Origin: Octopus sinensis
Taxonomy: Eukaryota
Length of the DNA: 64,000 nt
NCBI RefSeq assembly: GCF_006345805.1
Contig: NC_043022.1
Coordinates: forward strand, 14,322,001-14,386,000
Direction: 5' to 3'
The notes beneath the pieces were generated by a model, which worked only from the letters and a program-made list of their open reading frames with translations, did no database searches and was not told the DNA's origin. The position numbers and the translations under genes are program-made. Shown piece after piece: positions 1-12,029 of the stretch (position 1 is the stretch's first letter; the number at the start of each line of letters is the position of its first letter).

Positions 1-432
1 GAGATGGTGACAGAGAAGAGGGAGAAAGCTAGACAGAGAGAGAGAGAGAGAGAGAGAGAAGTAAATGAGGAGCAACAGGTTTGAGATCCGAGTGAATGAG
101 CAGAAGAGATTAAAAATATATATTTCTTTGACTCTTTTACTTGTTTCAGTCATTCGACTGCGGCCATGCTGGAGCACCGCCTTTAGTCGAACAGATCGAC
201 CCCGGGTAAGAGAGAGAGGGAAACAGGGAAGGGGAGAAAGCTAGGCAGAGAGAGAAAGGAGGCAGAGTATCAGAGAGATAGAAAAGAGAGAGGGGAGAGG
301 GAGAGAGTTAGGCAGAGAGAGAGAGAGAGAGAGAAGGAGGCAGGATATGAGAGAGAGAGAGAGAAGGAGGCAGGATATGAGAGAGAGAGAGAGAGAGAGA
401 GAGAAGGAGGCAGGATATGAGAGAGAGAGAGA
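1..432. repeat. AG-rich microsatellite region with short degenerate unit (gaaggaggcaggatatgagaga...) and an embedded SINE 3' fragment (~126-206)
   Basis: Visible (GA)n tracts and three near-identical gaaggaggcaggatatga units. Confidence 0.85.
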
Positions 433-617
433 TTATGGTTTGCGTGCGTCAGCCATTAAAAAGCAGACGATAGTGACTCATTCTGTTTGTCATATGAAAA
501 GAGTCATCTAATTAAATACTTAATGATCGTGTGTGTGTGTGTGTGCTGTTATTTATTTGATAAATGCTACAAGTGTCATTACTGTTTCCATTTTCTCTCT
601 CACACACACGTGTGGGG

Positions 618-669
<52 letters not shown>

Positions 670-820
670 TGTGTGTGTGTGTGTGTGGTTATTGATGAAA
701 ATGTTTCTAGATTCCATTAAAACTTTTTCAAAAATACATATTTCGTAACTTTTTCATCCACACAATGTATTTGTAGAGAGAGAGAGAGAGAGAGATAGAC
801 GTTACGAATATCTCTGTCTG

Positions 821-864
<44 letters not shown>

Positions 865-1270
865 CTCTTTTTACTCTTTTATTTGTTTCAGTCATTTGAC
901 TGCGGCCATGCTGGAGCACCGCCTTTAATCGAGCAACTCGACCCCGGGACTTATTCTTTTGTAAGCCCAGTACTTATTCTATCGGTCTCTTTTGCCGAAC
1001 TGCTAAGTAACAGGGACATAAACACACTAGCATCGGTTGTCAAGCAATGCTAGGGGGACAAACACAGACACACGAACACACACACGCATATATATATATA
1101 TATATACACATATATTGAACGGGCTTCTTTCAGTTTCCGTCTTCCAAATCCACTCACAAGGCATTGGTCGGCCCGAGGCTATAGTAGAAGACACTTGCCC
1201 AAGGGGTCACGCAGTGGGACTGAACCCGGAACCATGTGGTTGGTAAAAAAGCTACTTACCACACAGCCAC
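865..1270 (-). mobile_element. tRNA-headed CORE-like SINE (dominant family of this window), near full length
   Basis: Minus strand reads gtggctgtgtggtaagtagc...gggttcagtcccactgcgtg...ccttgggcaagtgtctt (tRNA A/B-box-like head plus CORE-like motif), an internal TA/CA microsatellite, and a 3' part ending gactgaaacaaataaaagagtaaa; many copies in window. Confidence 0.85.
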
Positions 1271-1284
1271 TCCTCCATTATATA

Positions 1285-1699
1285 TATATATAATATATAC
1301 AGCAGGAGTGGCTGTGTGGTAAGTAGCTTGCTTACAAACCACATGGTTCCGGGTTCAGTCCCACTGCGTGGCACCTTGGGCAAGTGTCTTCTATAGCTTT
1401 GGGCCGACCAAAGACTTCTGAGTGGATTTGCTAGACGGAAAATGAAAAAAGCCCATCGTATATATATATATATATATATACATATGTATGTATGTAAGTA
1501 TGTATGTATTTGTGTGTGTCTGTGTTTGTCTCCCCTCCATTGCTTGACAACCAATGTTGGTGTGTTTACGTCCCTGTAACTTAGCAGTTCAGCAAAAATG
1601 ACTGATAGAATAAGTACTAGTTTTCAAAGGAAATAAGACTAAAGGTGGTGCTCCAGCATGGCCGCAGTCAAATGACTGAAACCTGTAAAAGAATAAAAG

Positions 1700-1700
<1 letters not shown>
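1285..1700 (+). mobile_element. CORE-like SINE, same family, head-to-head with previous copy
   Basis: Same head, CORE-like and tail sequence on + strand. Confidence 0.85.
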
Positions 1701-1740
<40 letters not shown>

Positions 1741-2254
1741 TACTCTTTTACCTGTTTCAGTTATTTGACTACGGCCATACTGGAGCAGTACCTTTAGTCG
1801 AACAAATTGACCCCAGGACTTATTCTTTGTAAGCCTAGTACTTATTCTATTGATCTCTTTTGCTGAATTGATACGTTACGGGGACGTAAACACATTAACA
1901 TCAGTTGTCAAGTGATGGAGAGAGGACAAACACACATATATATATATATGTCAGGCTTCTCTCAGTTTCCTTCTACCAAATCCACTCAGAAGGCTTTGAT
2001 CAGCCCAAGGCTATAATGTCTCTCCGAATTTTGATGTAGACTTTTTTCCTTCTGGACCAAATCTAAATTTTTTACCAAATTATAGCTAGGGACCTGTCCT
2101 CTTCAAAAATGTTCATGGTTTTCCATTTGGTTAAGAACTGAATTAGCAATAAAGCTCTGAAGAGATGCTGCGTGGGAGTAAATTGCAGCCTTAAGAATAT
2201 TATTTAGGCACTGCCGTAGATGAATGATTAAATAATAAAACGAATGATTCATAC

Positions 2255-2640
2255 TTACATTTTTACTCATTTCAGTCATTTGACTGTGGCCATGCTGGAG
2301 CACTGCCTTTAGCCGAGCAAATCGACCCCGGGACTTATTATTTGCAAGCCCAGTACTTATTCTATCGGTCTCTTTTGCCGAACCGCTAAGTGACGGGGAC
2401 GTAAACACATCAGCATCGGTTGTCAAGCAATGCTAGGGGACAAACACAGACACACAAACGCATGTATATATATACATATATACGACAGGCTTCTTTCAGT
2501 TTCCATCTACCAAATCCACTCACAAGGCATTGGTCGGCCCGGGGCTATAGCAGAAGACACTTGCCCAAGATGCCACGCAGTGGGACTGAACCCGGAAGCA
2601 TGTGGTTGTTTAGCAAGCTTCTTACCACACAGCCACTCCT
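2255..2640 (-). mobile_element. CORE-like SINE copy (further copies ~1740-2016, 4445-4640, 9825-10005)
   Basis: High similarity to 865-1270. Confidence 0.85.
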
Positions 2641-2699
2641 GCACCTATATATATATATATATTATATAATATATATATATATACACACACCACACATAC

Positions 2700-3265
2700 A
2701 TACATATGCCACCATCTCTATCCTGCTGTCTCCCACTCTCACTCTCCCCTTCTCCTGCACTTCTCACGGGTTGGGTAACCATGTATTTCGTTTTCGGCAG
2801 CACACCTGTATCTGTCTTCATTCCTGATCTCTCTCTCTCTCTCCGTGCAGGTAACTTTGTACCTCCTGTACAGCAAGACACCTGTATAAGCTTTCATCAT
2901 GCGACACAAGATCACCTCCTCCAATGCCCCCTCTCTTCTTGAAAGTTTTATTTTTTGGGTCCTGCAAGAACTTGGTGACCCTGTCAGTGCAGGTGCCACT
3001 TAAAGAGCACCCAGTCAACACTGTAAAGTGGTTGGCATTTGGAAGGGCATCCAGTTATAAAAAACCTTGCTTGTGCTTGAGCCACATGAAAAGCACTAGC
3101 TCCCCCGGCCCTGCTGAGTGGTTGGTGTCAGGAGGGGCATCGAACAGAAGAAATCCTGCCAAAACTGTTACAGAAGCCTGGTGCAGGCTTCTCTCTGGCT
3201 GGCTCCTGTCAAACCGTCCCAGCCATGGAAGGCGGACATTGAACGATGATGATGATGATGATGAT
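2700..3265 (+). mobile_element. RTE-type LINE 3' UTR fragment with (GAT)n tail
   Basis: ggaagggcatccag motif and terminal aacgatgatgatg tail shared with RTE copies elsewhere in window. Confidence 0.65.
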
Positions 3266-3272
3266 ATATATG

Positions 3273-3303
<31 letters not shown>

Positions 3304-3351
3304 ACAAGAGTGTTCCTACACCACAAAATACATATATATATATATATATAT

Positions 3352-4105
3352 ACATCATCATCATCATCATCATCATTTAACGTCCGCTTTCCATGCTAGC
3401 ATGGGTTGGACGGTTCAACTGGGGTCTGGGGAGCCCGAAAGCTGCACCAGTCCAGTCAGATCTGGCAGTGTTTCTACAGCTGGATGCCCTTCCTAACGCC
3501 AACCACTCCGAGAGTGTAGTGGGTGATTTTATGTGCCACCGACACAGGTGCCAGACGAGGCTGACAAACGGCCACGCTCGGATGGTGTTTTTATGTGCCA
3601 CCGACACAGGTGCCAGACGAGGCTGGCAGACGGCCACGCTCGGATGGTGTTTTTATGTGCCACCGACACAGGTGCCAGACGAGGCTGGCAGACGGCCACG
3701 CTCGGATGGTGTTTTTATGTGCCACCGACACAGGTGCCAGACGAGGCTGGCAGACGGCCACGCTCGGATGGTGTTTTTATGTGCCACCGACACAGGTGCC
3801 AGATGAGGCTGGCAAACGGCCACGATCGGATGGTGCTTGTTACGTGCCCACAGCACGGAGGCCAGTCGATGCGGTACTGGCTACGGCCACGTTCGGATGG
3901 TTTTCTTATGTGCCACGTGCCACCGGCACTGGTACCACAAAGATACAAATTCCATTGATGTTCATCTATTTTGATTTGTTTTGATTTTGATTTGATTTGA
4001 TTTTCACTTGCCTCAACAGGTCTTCAAGTGTCACAAGAAGGAAGGTATGCACAGGTGGACTGACTACGTCCCAGGTAGGGGCATACACACACAATATATA
4101 TATAT
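3352..4105 (-). mobile_element. RTE LINE 3' UTR containing ~5 tandem 62-bp units
   Basis: Matches 3' UTR following the RT C-terminus at 12030-12912; internal unit period 62 bp (3531, 3593, 3655...). Confidence 0.8.
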
Positions 4106-4187
4106 ATATACACACACACACATATATACATATACGTATATATATATATATATCCATATACATATACATACATACATATATATATAT

Positions 4188-4246
<59 letters not shown>

Positions 4247-4369
4247 CATATATATAATATACATATATAATGCACACATACGTACATACACACATGCCAT
4301 TTCCACTTACCTGTGATTTGCAACTAAAGTGACCAGACACTCTATGTATTTACACACACACACATATGC

Positions 4370-4427
<58 letters not shown>

Positions 4428-4691
4428 TTATTTTTTTAATTTTTTTATTTTACTTGTTTCAGACTGCAGCCATGCTGGAGCACTACCTTTAGTCAAACAA
4501 ATTGACCCCCGGACTTATTCTTTGTATGCCTAGTACTTAATTTATTGGCCTCTTATGCCGAACCGCTGTTACGGGGACGTAAACACACCAACATCGGTTG
4601 TCAAGCGATGGGGGTGGGGAGACAAACATGGACACACAAATATATACACACACACACACACACACATATACATATATATATATATATATAT

Positions 4692-4878
4692 AGGCGAGCT
4701 GGCAGAATCGTTAGCACGCCCGGGTGAAATGCGTAGCTGTATTTCATCTGCCGTTACGTTCTGAGTTCAAGTTCAAATTCCGCCGAGGTCGACTTTGCCT
4801 TCATCCTGTTGAGGTCCATAAATAAAGTACCAGTTACACACTGGGGTCAATGATATCGACTTAATCCCTTTGTCTGTC
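4692..4878 (+). mobile_element. tRNA-derived SINE with Deu/Nin-like central domain (copies also ~10018-10398, 44755-45180, 52400-52615, 53405-53820)
   Basis: ggcgagctggcagaa...gagttcaaattccgcc head followed by ctttgcctttcatcctttcggggtcgataaa..aagtaccag; the domain name is from recollection. Confidence 0.7.
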
Positions 4879-5189
4879 ATTATCATCATCATCATCCGCT
4901 TTCCATGCTAGCATGGGTTGGACGGTTCAACTGGGGTCTGGGAAGCCAGGAGGCTGCACCAGGCCCAATCTGATCTGGCAAAGTTTCTATGGCTGGATGC
5001 CCTTCCTAACGCCAACCACTCCGAGAGAGTAGTGGGTGCTTTTTATGTGCCACCTGCACAGGTGCCAGGCAAGGCTGGCAACTGCCACGTTCAGATGGTT
5101 CTTTTACGTACCACCGGCACTGGTATCACAGCTACAATTTCCATTGATGTTGATCGATTTTGATTTTGATTTTCACTTGCCTCAATGAT

Positions 5190-5800
5190 ATATATAATAA
5201 TAATGAAATTATTGTATACAGTGCTCAAGTGCACCACAACTTGTCAAAAGTGCGTATAAAGCATATGCAGTAATGTACAAATATCTGGAAAGCGAACAAT
5301 GTATGAGTCAGATAGATGCTTGCATGTGTATGGAGGGGAAGAGACGAACAGGTGTAGTGTTGGCGAATCTCAGGAAGCATGGAAGTTTTGAAGGATGCAG
5401 TGCTCCGACAACTAACAACTGATGCCGGCAGTTTGTTCCATGCTTCAGCATGTGTATGGAGGGGAGAAGATCAGGTGTAGTGTTGGCGAATCTCAGGAAG
5501 CATGGAAGTTTTGAAGGATGCAGTGCTCCGACAACTAACAACTGATGCCGGCAGTTTGTTCCATGCTTCAGCATGTGTATGGAGGGGAGAAGATCAGGTG
5601 TAGTGTTGGCGAATCTCAGGAAGCATGGAAGTTTTGAAGGATGCAGTGCTCCGACAACTAACAACTGATGCCGGCAGTTTGTTGCATGCTTCAGCAACTC
5701 TGAGCGTGAAAAAAAAAAGTTTCTGAAAGTCATGGGAGCTGTGCTGTTTTCTGACTTTGTAAACATGTTCACGGGTGGTAGACAGGTGGCATTTGAAAAG
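5190..5800 (-). mobile_element. CR1/L2-type LINE 3' end with triplicated 123-bp terminal segment
   Basis: Minus-strand translation of the units gives AEAWNKLPASVVSCRSTASFKTSMLPEIRQHYT* (WNxLP...FK C-terminal motif); (ATT)n-like tail near 5195. Confidence 0.7.
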
Positions 5801-5875
5801 GTGCTCAGAGTTATATATATATATATATACAAATTGTACATTTTATGTGAATAATATATAGTCTTTTGACTAATT

Positions 5876-6275
5876 GGATCTTTTCGGTTTGAACGGCAGT
5901 TTTTAACATAATTTCTAGGTAACTAAAAAACTTTAAACTTCGTATACTGGTAGAATGTGTTTATAAAACATCTTTTTCTCTTGGCTTTATTGAGAAAATT
6001 CTATGGTTTGTAAGATTTTTGTTGTTGTTTTTTCTTCAATTTCTGCAATTTCAACCAATCACTGACGTCTATTGAGGTAAAAAAACATTCTGTGCCGAAT
6101 GAATATGTCCCTCGTTTAAGAAACAGATTGGGTTTATTTACATTTGTGAAGAAAAAAGATACTCTTCCCCTAAAACAGATTGAAATGCAATAGATCGATA
6201 CTAGGGTCATAATTATGGGTGACAATTTCATATGACACCGCTAGATAAAAACTGCCATTCAAGCCGAAAAGATCC
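5876..6275. mobile_element. 400-bp MITE with ~30-bp TIRs and 8-bp TSD
   Basis: TIR ggatcttttcggtttgaacggcagtttt / aaaactgccattcaagccgaaaagatcc; TSD gactaatt at 5868-5875 and 6276-6283. Confidence 0.85.
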
Positions 6276-6544
6276 GACTAATTTTTTTTTGTGCTAGGCC
6301 ACTGGTAATAACAATTTCTATAATTCTTATTACCCTAATATTATTTATGTTTTATATATATATATCAGAAATATTAAATTTCTAAATATCTCATAGAGAT
6401 ATGTACGGTGGTGGGGCGATAGAATGGTTGTATACTGTCAATTCAACGTGACAGTAGGGGATTACAACACCGCTGTTTAGCCCTAGGAAGCATCGACGCT
6501 TCCTGTCGGCTTCGACACATTTCCTGTGTCCTTATATATTTACG

Positions 6545-6712
6545 GGAGGCGCAATGGCCCAGTGGTTAGGGCAGCGGACTCGCGGTCGTAGGATTGCGGT
6601 TTCGATTCCCAGACCGGGCGTTGTGAGTGTTTATTGAGCGAAAACACCTAAAGCTCCACGAGGCTCCGGCATGGGGTGGTGGTGATCCCTGCTGTACTCT
6701 TTCACCACAACT
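6545..6712 (+). mobile_element. tRNA-derived SINE, second family (fuller copies 20290-20587 on - and 57284-57667 on +)
   Basis: ggaggcgcaatggcccagtggttagggcagcggactcgcgg...ggtttcgattcccagacc head with A/B boxes; three copies in window. Confidence 0.8.
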
Positions 6713-7038
6713 TTCACGTTAAGTTGACAGTATACAACCACTCTCTCTCTCTCTCTGTATATATATACACACACACACATGTGTGCATACACGCATCTCA
6801 TTTTCACATGGGCGCGGCGATTTGCGACTTTAAGTGACCAGGCAATGCGTGTATTTTACACACACGCATACGCACAAAATCAACATTCATTATTCTCACA
6901 GCACAACAATAATAATCAACATCTATTGTTTTAAAGAAATCACAGATTAACACAAGTCTTCTTTTCACGTTTAATTATCGACATTTTTTTTTTTAAATCA
7001 TCATCATTATTTTTTTTTAATTCATAAAAAATATAGTT

Positions 7039-7211
7039 TGGCGTACCTTCGGTATAAGTACCGGATACATTTCAAGAAAGTGTTTTTTTTATATATGGGG
7101 GAATTAGGGTCAGGGTTTGTGTTAGGGTTAGGGTTAGGGGTGGGAGAAAAGGGTTTCTGTTACCTTCAGAAATGTAAACAATCACATGTGTACCTATACC
7201 GAAGGATCGCC
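7039..7211. mobile_element. Short MITE-like element with internal (TTAGGG)-like repeats
   Basis: Inverted ends ggcgtaccttcggtataagtac / gtacctataccgaaggatcgcc; internal gttagggttagggttagggg. Confidence 0.6.
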
Positions 7212-7967
7212 TATAATTTTATTATCTGAGATCGTAGGCATTTTGGAAGGGAACATGTATTAATTGCTAACCTCAACAACTTTTAGGAATTTTCGGCGGT
7301 CCTTGATTAAAAGTCTATACCTCATGTTTTTTTTTTATCAGTTTTAGTTGTTGTTTTTTTTAATGAAAGCAATTTTTAATATTCCTTACAAATGTATCAG
7401 GCAATTAATATCGCAATCAGCAATCAACATACAAGTGACATTAATTAAACACACATCGAATTACTGGGGCGGTTTCGGTGAGAAAAACACCAACAACGTT
7501 CTTGTTATTCTTGTTCACACGATGAATAATGGATGATAAATATTTTTCTTCCTTAAATTCATTTGAAGACGTATTGTTCAAATATTCAATCAACTCTCAC
7601 TGAAACAGCAATGGTAAATTTAAGGAGAGAAAAGAAGAAGAAAAAATACCACCAACCGTGCTGTGGTCGCACATCGGTGACCTTTAAGAAGGGTTTGTTT
7701 AAGGAATTCCATTCCAGAATTGTTCGTTTGGATTTAGAAGAGATTGTTTTTTAATCCCACAAGTGAATTATACATACATACATACAGACATATAAATATA
7801 TATAAACACCAGGCAACCTGGGTGTAATGTTTGAATATGTGTGTATACATTATACATACATACAGACATACAAACATATATATAACGTAGACGCAGCAAC
7901 GTGGTATAAAGTTTATAAAAAGTAGTTTATGTTAATTTGACGGTGGGGTTGAGCATGTGAGTGTATG

Positions 7968-8027
<60 letters not shown>

Positions 8028-8370
8028 GAAAGTTACAGAAAAACAAAAGACGAAGACAGCAGGTGTCTAATAGATTGACGCTCGGGAAAGTGAGAAAGTC
8101 TTTACGTTTCGAGCCTACGCTCTTTAACAGAAAGGAACGCGAAGAAATAAACAGAAATAATAAAGAGAGAATATATGCATGCACACATGTGTGTATGTGT
8201 TTGTTTGTTTGTATGTATGTATAAGTAAAATTGATGGTTCTCAGTTTGCCTCTTCGAGAAAGTATGATGAGGTGATTGGTATTCGGTTCTGTGAGAGGCA
8301 AACCTTCCAAAATTGATGTGGAGTTTTGCTAGTTCTTTAAAAAAAAAACTTTTTTTTTTCAACTTCATAA

Positions 8371-8769
8371 CTACAAGTCAGTTCTCAGTACATACCTGGT
8401 GGCCGATCTAAGTTTGTCGTTCACTTGTGAACTAAAATGTTTGCCATATCGGCACCAATTAACGAAATGTTCACAATTGTTGCTCCATAAACTGTATTTG
8501 TATTCGCCGATTCTCGACTGAGCCCTTCTCACGATGTCACACCCGCCGAAAGATTGGGTCTCTTCGTCGTGGATGTTGGCCACCGCCACAGGGCTGCCCG
8601 CCGCCACTGCACTCAAACTCTCGAGGCGGACCTTTGCATCATATTGTGTCTTCACGTCCGCTTCTCCGCTGTAATGAATTACAGAGCCTAAACCGGCATA
8701 AATTGCATAATGGTCGTAGCTTCCTCGGTTAAAGCGCAAGATGCTGCCCAGAGGATAAGGTTCAAATAA
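8371..8769 (-). CDS. Terminal coding exon of an LRAT/PLAAT(HRASLS)-like NlpC/P60 acyltransferase/phospholipase-domain protein
   Basis: Motifs DHYAIY...VIHY...NNCEHFVNWCRYG...S.QV (His-His-Cys triad). Polypyrimidine tract and cag acceptor at 8770-8771 precede TTA TTT GAA (phase 0). Upstream exon(s) not located. Confidence 0.85.
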   Translation of the reverse strand, partial: LFEPYPLGSILRFNRGSYDHYAIYAGLGSVIHYSGEADVKTQYDAKVRLESLSAVAAGSPVAVANIHDEETQSFGGCDIVRRAQSRIGEYKYSLWSNNCEHFVNWCRYGKHFSSQVNDKLRSATRYVLRTDL

Positions 8770-10486
8770 CTGAATGGAATAAAGAAAGGCACACACGAAA
8801 AAATTCATTATTCCAGATTTTTCTTTCTATCTGTTCTCCCTGATCAACGCGTTTTTCTTCTTTCTTTTTTCAATGTAAAATAATACAGAAAAATAATTAA
8901 ACCAAAAAAAAGAGGAAAAACTACCAGAACAATGGCAAAGCACCGTAACTGGGTAATAATACGACGTAAGGGAAGAAATTAACGAGGAAATTATTATGAG
9001 TAAGAACCTGGAAGTATACGAAGAAGGGTGGAGTTGAAATGAAGAGGAAGTGACAGAATGAAAAGAAAGGAGTAATAAATGGATAAAGTAAAAGATAGAG
9101 AGGGAAATATATGAAACATGCCGGTGATATACCGAAATAGACGGAGAGACGGACGAATAATTTGAAGCGGATAAAACATACGATGATGCAAGATTAGGAA
9201 TAGGTTAGATGAATGAATGAATGAATGAATGGAGATGGGAAAGCGATTAAAGAGGGATTATGACAACGATAATAGATATATTAATAGTGATAGATAGACT
9301 AAAACATAGATAGATAGAAAGAAGGAAGATACGGTCAGAGATAGCGGGGGGTAAATGAAGATTAGAATTAACGAAACAAATGTAACTTATAATATATATA
9401 AATATAGGGATGAGTAAACGATAATAAATATGACACATAAATGTGACTGATGTCTTCTTTGAAATAGTTTATATTAAGTTGACAGCGTCTAAATAATACG
9501 ACATCCATGAATGATCTGTCATGACGAAGATGATGATGATGATGGTGATGTTGCAATGCTGACAAGAAACTGTTGCAATCGAGTTTTGTGTGTCATCAGA
9601 CGGAATGGAGATAAAACATAACCCGGTTTTCTATTTATTCACATACGAAATCGATATAATTCTCGTCCCAGCGCATCTTCCTTTGTCTCTTTCTCTTTCG
9701 TTATCTATCTATTTGTCCGTCCATCCATCCATCCACATGTCACCGGACACACAGACACACATTATCTCACATCCTTCACTTGTTCAGTTCTTCTTCTTGT
9801 TTTTTTTTATTAACCTCGGTACTTAATCTGTCGGTGTCTTTTGTCAAACACACCCAACACCGGTTGCCAAGCAGTGTTGGAGTACAATCACAGACACAAA
9901 AACGCACATATTTCATACGACGGACTTCTTTCGGTTTCCGTCAATCAAATCCACTCACAAGGCTTTGGTTGGCCCGAGGCTCATAACAAAAGACACTTGC
10001 CCAAGGTGCCACTGCACGCGGCGAGCTGGCAGAACCGTTAGCACGCCGGGCGAAATGCGTAGCCGTATTACGTCTGCCGTTGCGTTCTGAGTTCAAATTC
10101 CGCCGAGGTCGACTTTGCCTGTCATCCTTTCGGGGTCGATAAATTAAATACCTGTTTCTTTATTACCCACAAGGGGCTAAACACAGAGGGGACAAACAAG
10201 GACAGACATGGGTATTAAGTCGATTACATCGACTCCAGTGCGTAACTGGTACTTATTTAATCGACCCCGAAAGGATGAAAGGCAAAGTCGGGGTCGATAA
10301 ATTAAATACCAGTTACGCACTGAGGTCGATGTAATCGACTTAATCCCTTTGTCTGTCTTTGTTTGTCCCCTCTATGTTTAGCCCCTTGTGGGTAATAAAA
10401 AAAAGAAGAAAAATATATAACTACTACATGTTACCCACCTCCTCCACCGACTTTGTTCTCTCGTAACATTCAGAAAAATGGATGGC

Positions 10487-10868
10487 GATCTTTCGTCTCT
10501 AGTAGACCTTTCCGTCGATTTCCGTAAAAAGAATTTTTTTTTTTACATATGGGCTTGCGGGAACTTTTGAAGTAATGAGAGCGAAAGAGAACTGAGAGAA
10601 AGCGATTGTATGACGAGGGAAGTTCTTTTGAAGTTACCGTGCATGGGAGCATTGATGTACATGTGTGTGTGTGTGTGTGTTTGATGGGGTGTGGGAGACA
10701 GGCAGTATGTTGTGTAAGTGAAGTGCTTCTGTTAGTGTGTGTGAAGAGACAGAGAGAGTAATGTGTCTCTTTCGCTCTCATTACTTCAAAAGTTCCCGCA
10801 AGCCCATATGTAAAAAAAATAATTTTTTTACGGAAATCGACGGAAAGGTCTACTAGAGACGAAAGATC
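10487..10868. mobile_element. MITE with ~110-bp terminal inverted repeats
   Basis: gatctttcgtctctagtagacc...gagcgaaagaga mirrored at the other end; second copy at 32862-33270. Confidence 0.8.
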
Positions 10869-11589
10869 ACCAAATGGATGTTTTTTAATAGAATTTTCTA
10901 CAAATACTTTTCAGATTTGTTGTGCAGATTTTTTGAAAATGTGATAAAAGTTAACGTTAGTCCGGTAACATTAAGTGAAAAAAGGCATAAGTACAGTTTA
11001 ATACCCCACTGACTTTGTTGCTTCAGAAAAAGCGGATACTTTTTAATGAAACGTTTGTTTCTATTCTCTTCAATTAAGTGTATTAAAGATTTGTTGGAAA
11101 AAATTTTCCAAGGAGTTTCAAAAAACTCACAGAACCCGACATTTTCCCACCTCATAACTTTCTGGAAAATAGGCAACTGCTAAGGAAATTTTATATAAAT
11201 ACCTTTCAAATGGTGTAGATTACGATTATAAAGAAATTTGAAGGCAAAAGGTTTGGAAGGGGACAGGGAAGTAGTTTCCAGAAAATGGAGTTTCGGATCA
11301 GACGGCCCACATACATTCGAGTTTTGACGAGGATTTTTCCGATGTTTTTCACCAAAGTCTTCAGAATGATGGGACAGCTGTGCCAATTATGCCCATAAGG
11401 CAGCAACAATGTGGCTGTAGGTCATAACACCTGGGCAACACTGGGATACATTGCTAGTATATATATATATATATATATATAGTGTAATAAATAAAATATA
11501 TGCATACATACATACATATATGTACGTACCTACATCTACATGTATATATACATGCATATATAATATATAAATATATATATATATATATA

Positions 11590-11985
11590 TCATCATCATT
11601 TAACGTCCGTTTTCCATGCTAGCACGGGTTGGACGGTTTGACTGAGGACTGGCGGAGCAGATGGCTGCACCAGGCTCCAATTTTGATTTGGCAGAGTTTC
11701 TACAGCTGGATGCCCTTCCTAATGCCAACCAGTCCGAGAGTATAGTGGGTGCATTTTACATGCCACCAGCATGAGGGCCAGTTAGGCGGTACTGGCAATG
11801 ACCTCGCTCGAATTTTTTTACGCATGCCACCGGCACAGGTACCAGTAAGGCGACGTTGGTAACGATCATGCTCGAATGGTGCCCTTTTACATGCCACCGG
11901 CACGGAAGCCAGTTGGCTGCTCTGGCAACGATCACACTCAGATGGTGCTCTTGGCACCCTACGAGCACGGCTACGAGTGCCAGTA
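11590..11985 (-). mobile_element. RTE LINE 3' UTR fragment
   Basis: Same family as 3352-4105. Confidence 0.8.
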
Positions 11986-11987
11986 AG

Positions 11988-12026
<39 letters not shown>

Positions 12027-12029
12027 ATA

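Noticed and set aside
2103-2260. Minus-strand non-repetitive ORF segment as exon
   Set aside because: Stops in all frames before a donor, and the ORF start lies inside a SINE.
5308-5841. 177-aa ORF with three 41-aa repeats
   Set aside because: An alternative frame of the triplicated CR1/L2 3' end.
6545-6620. tRNA genes
   Set aside because: All tRNA-like sequences are SINE heads lacking a full cloverleaf and continuing into repeat bodies.
8244-8303. C/D-box snoRNA or SECIS hairpin
   Set aside because: A 10-bp terminal stem and ATGATGA are present, but there is no properly placed CTGA D-box or SECIS core.
8371-8769. Horizontal transfer of a bacterial or viral LRAT-domain gene
   Set aside because: It has a splice acceptor and animal PLAAT-like segments (VANIHD, RYG..S.QV). 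Composition alone is insufficient without a phylogeny.
8770-8808. N-terminal MNFFVCAFLYSIQ of the LRAT ORF as true start
   Set aside because: It is a polypyrimidine tract ending in cag, so more likely intronic. The domain starts right after the acceptor.
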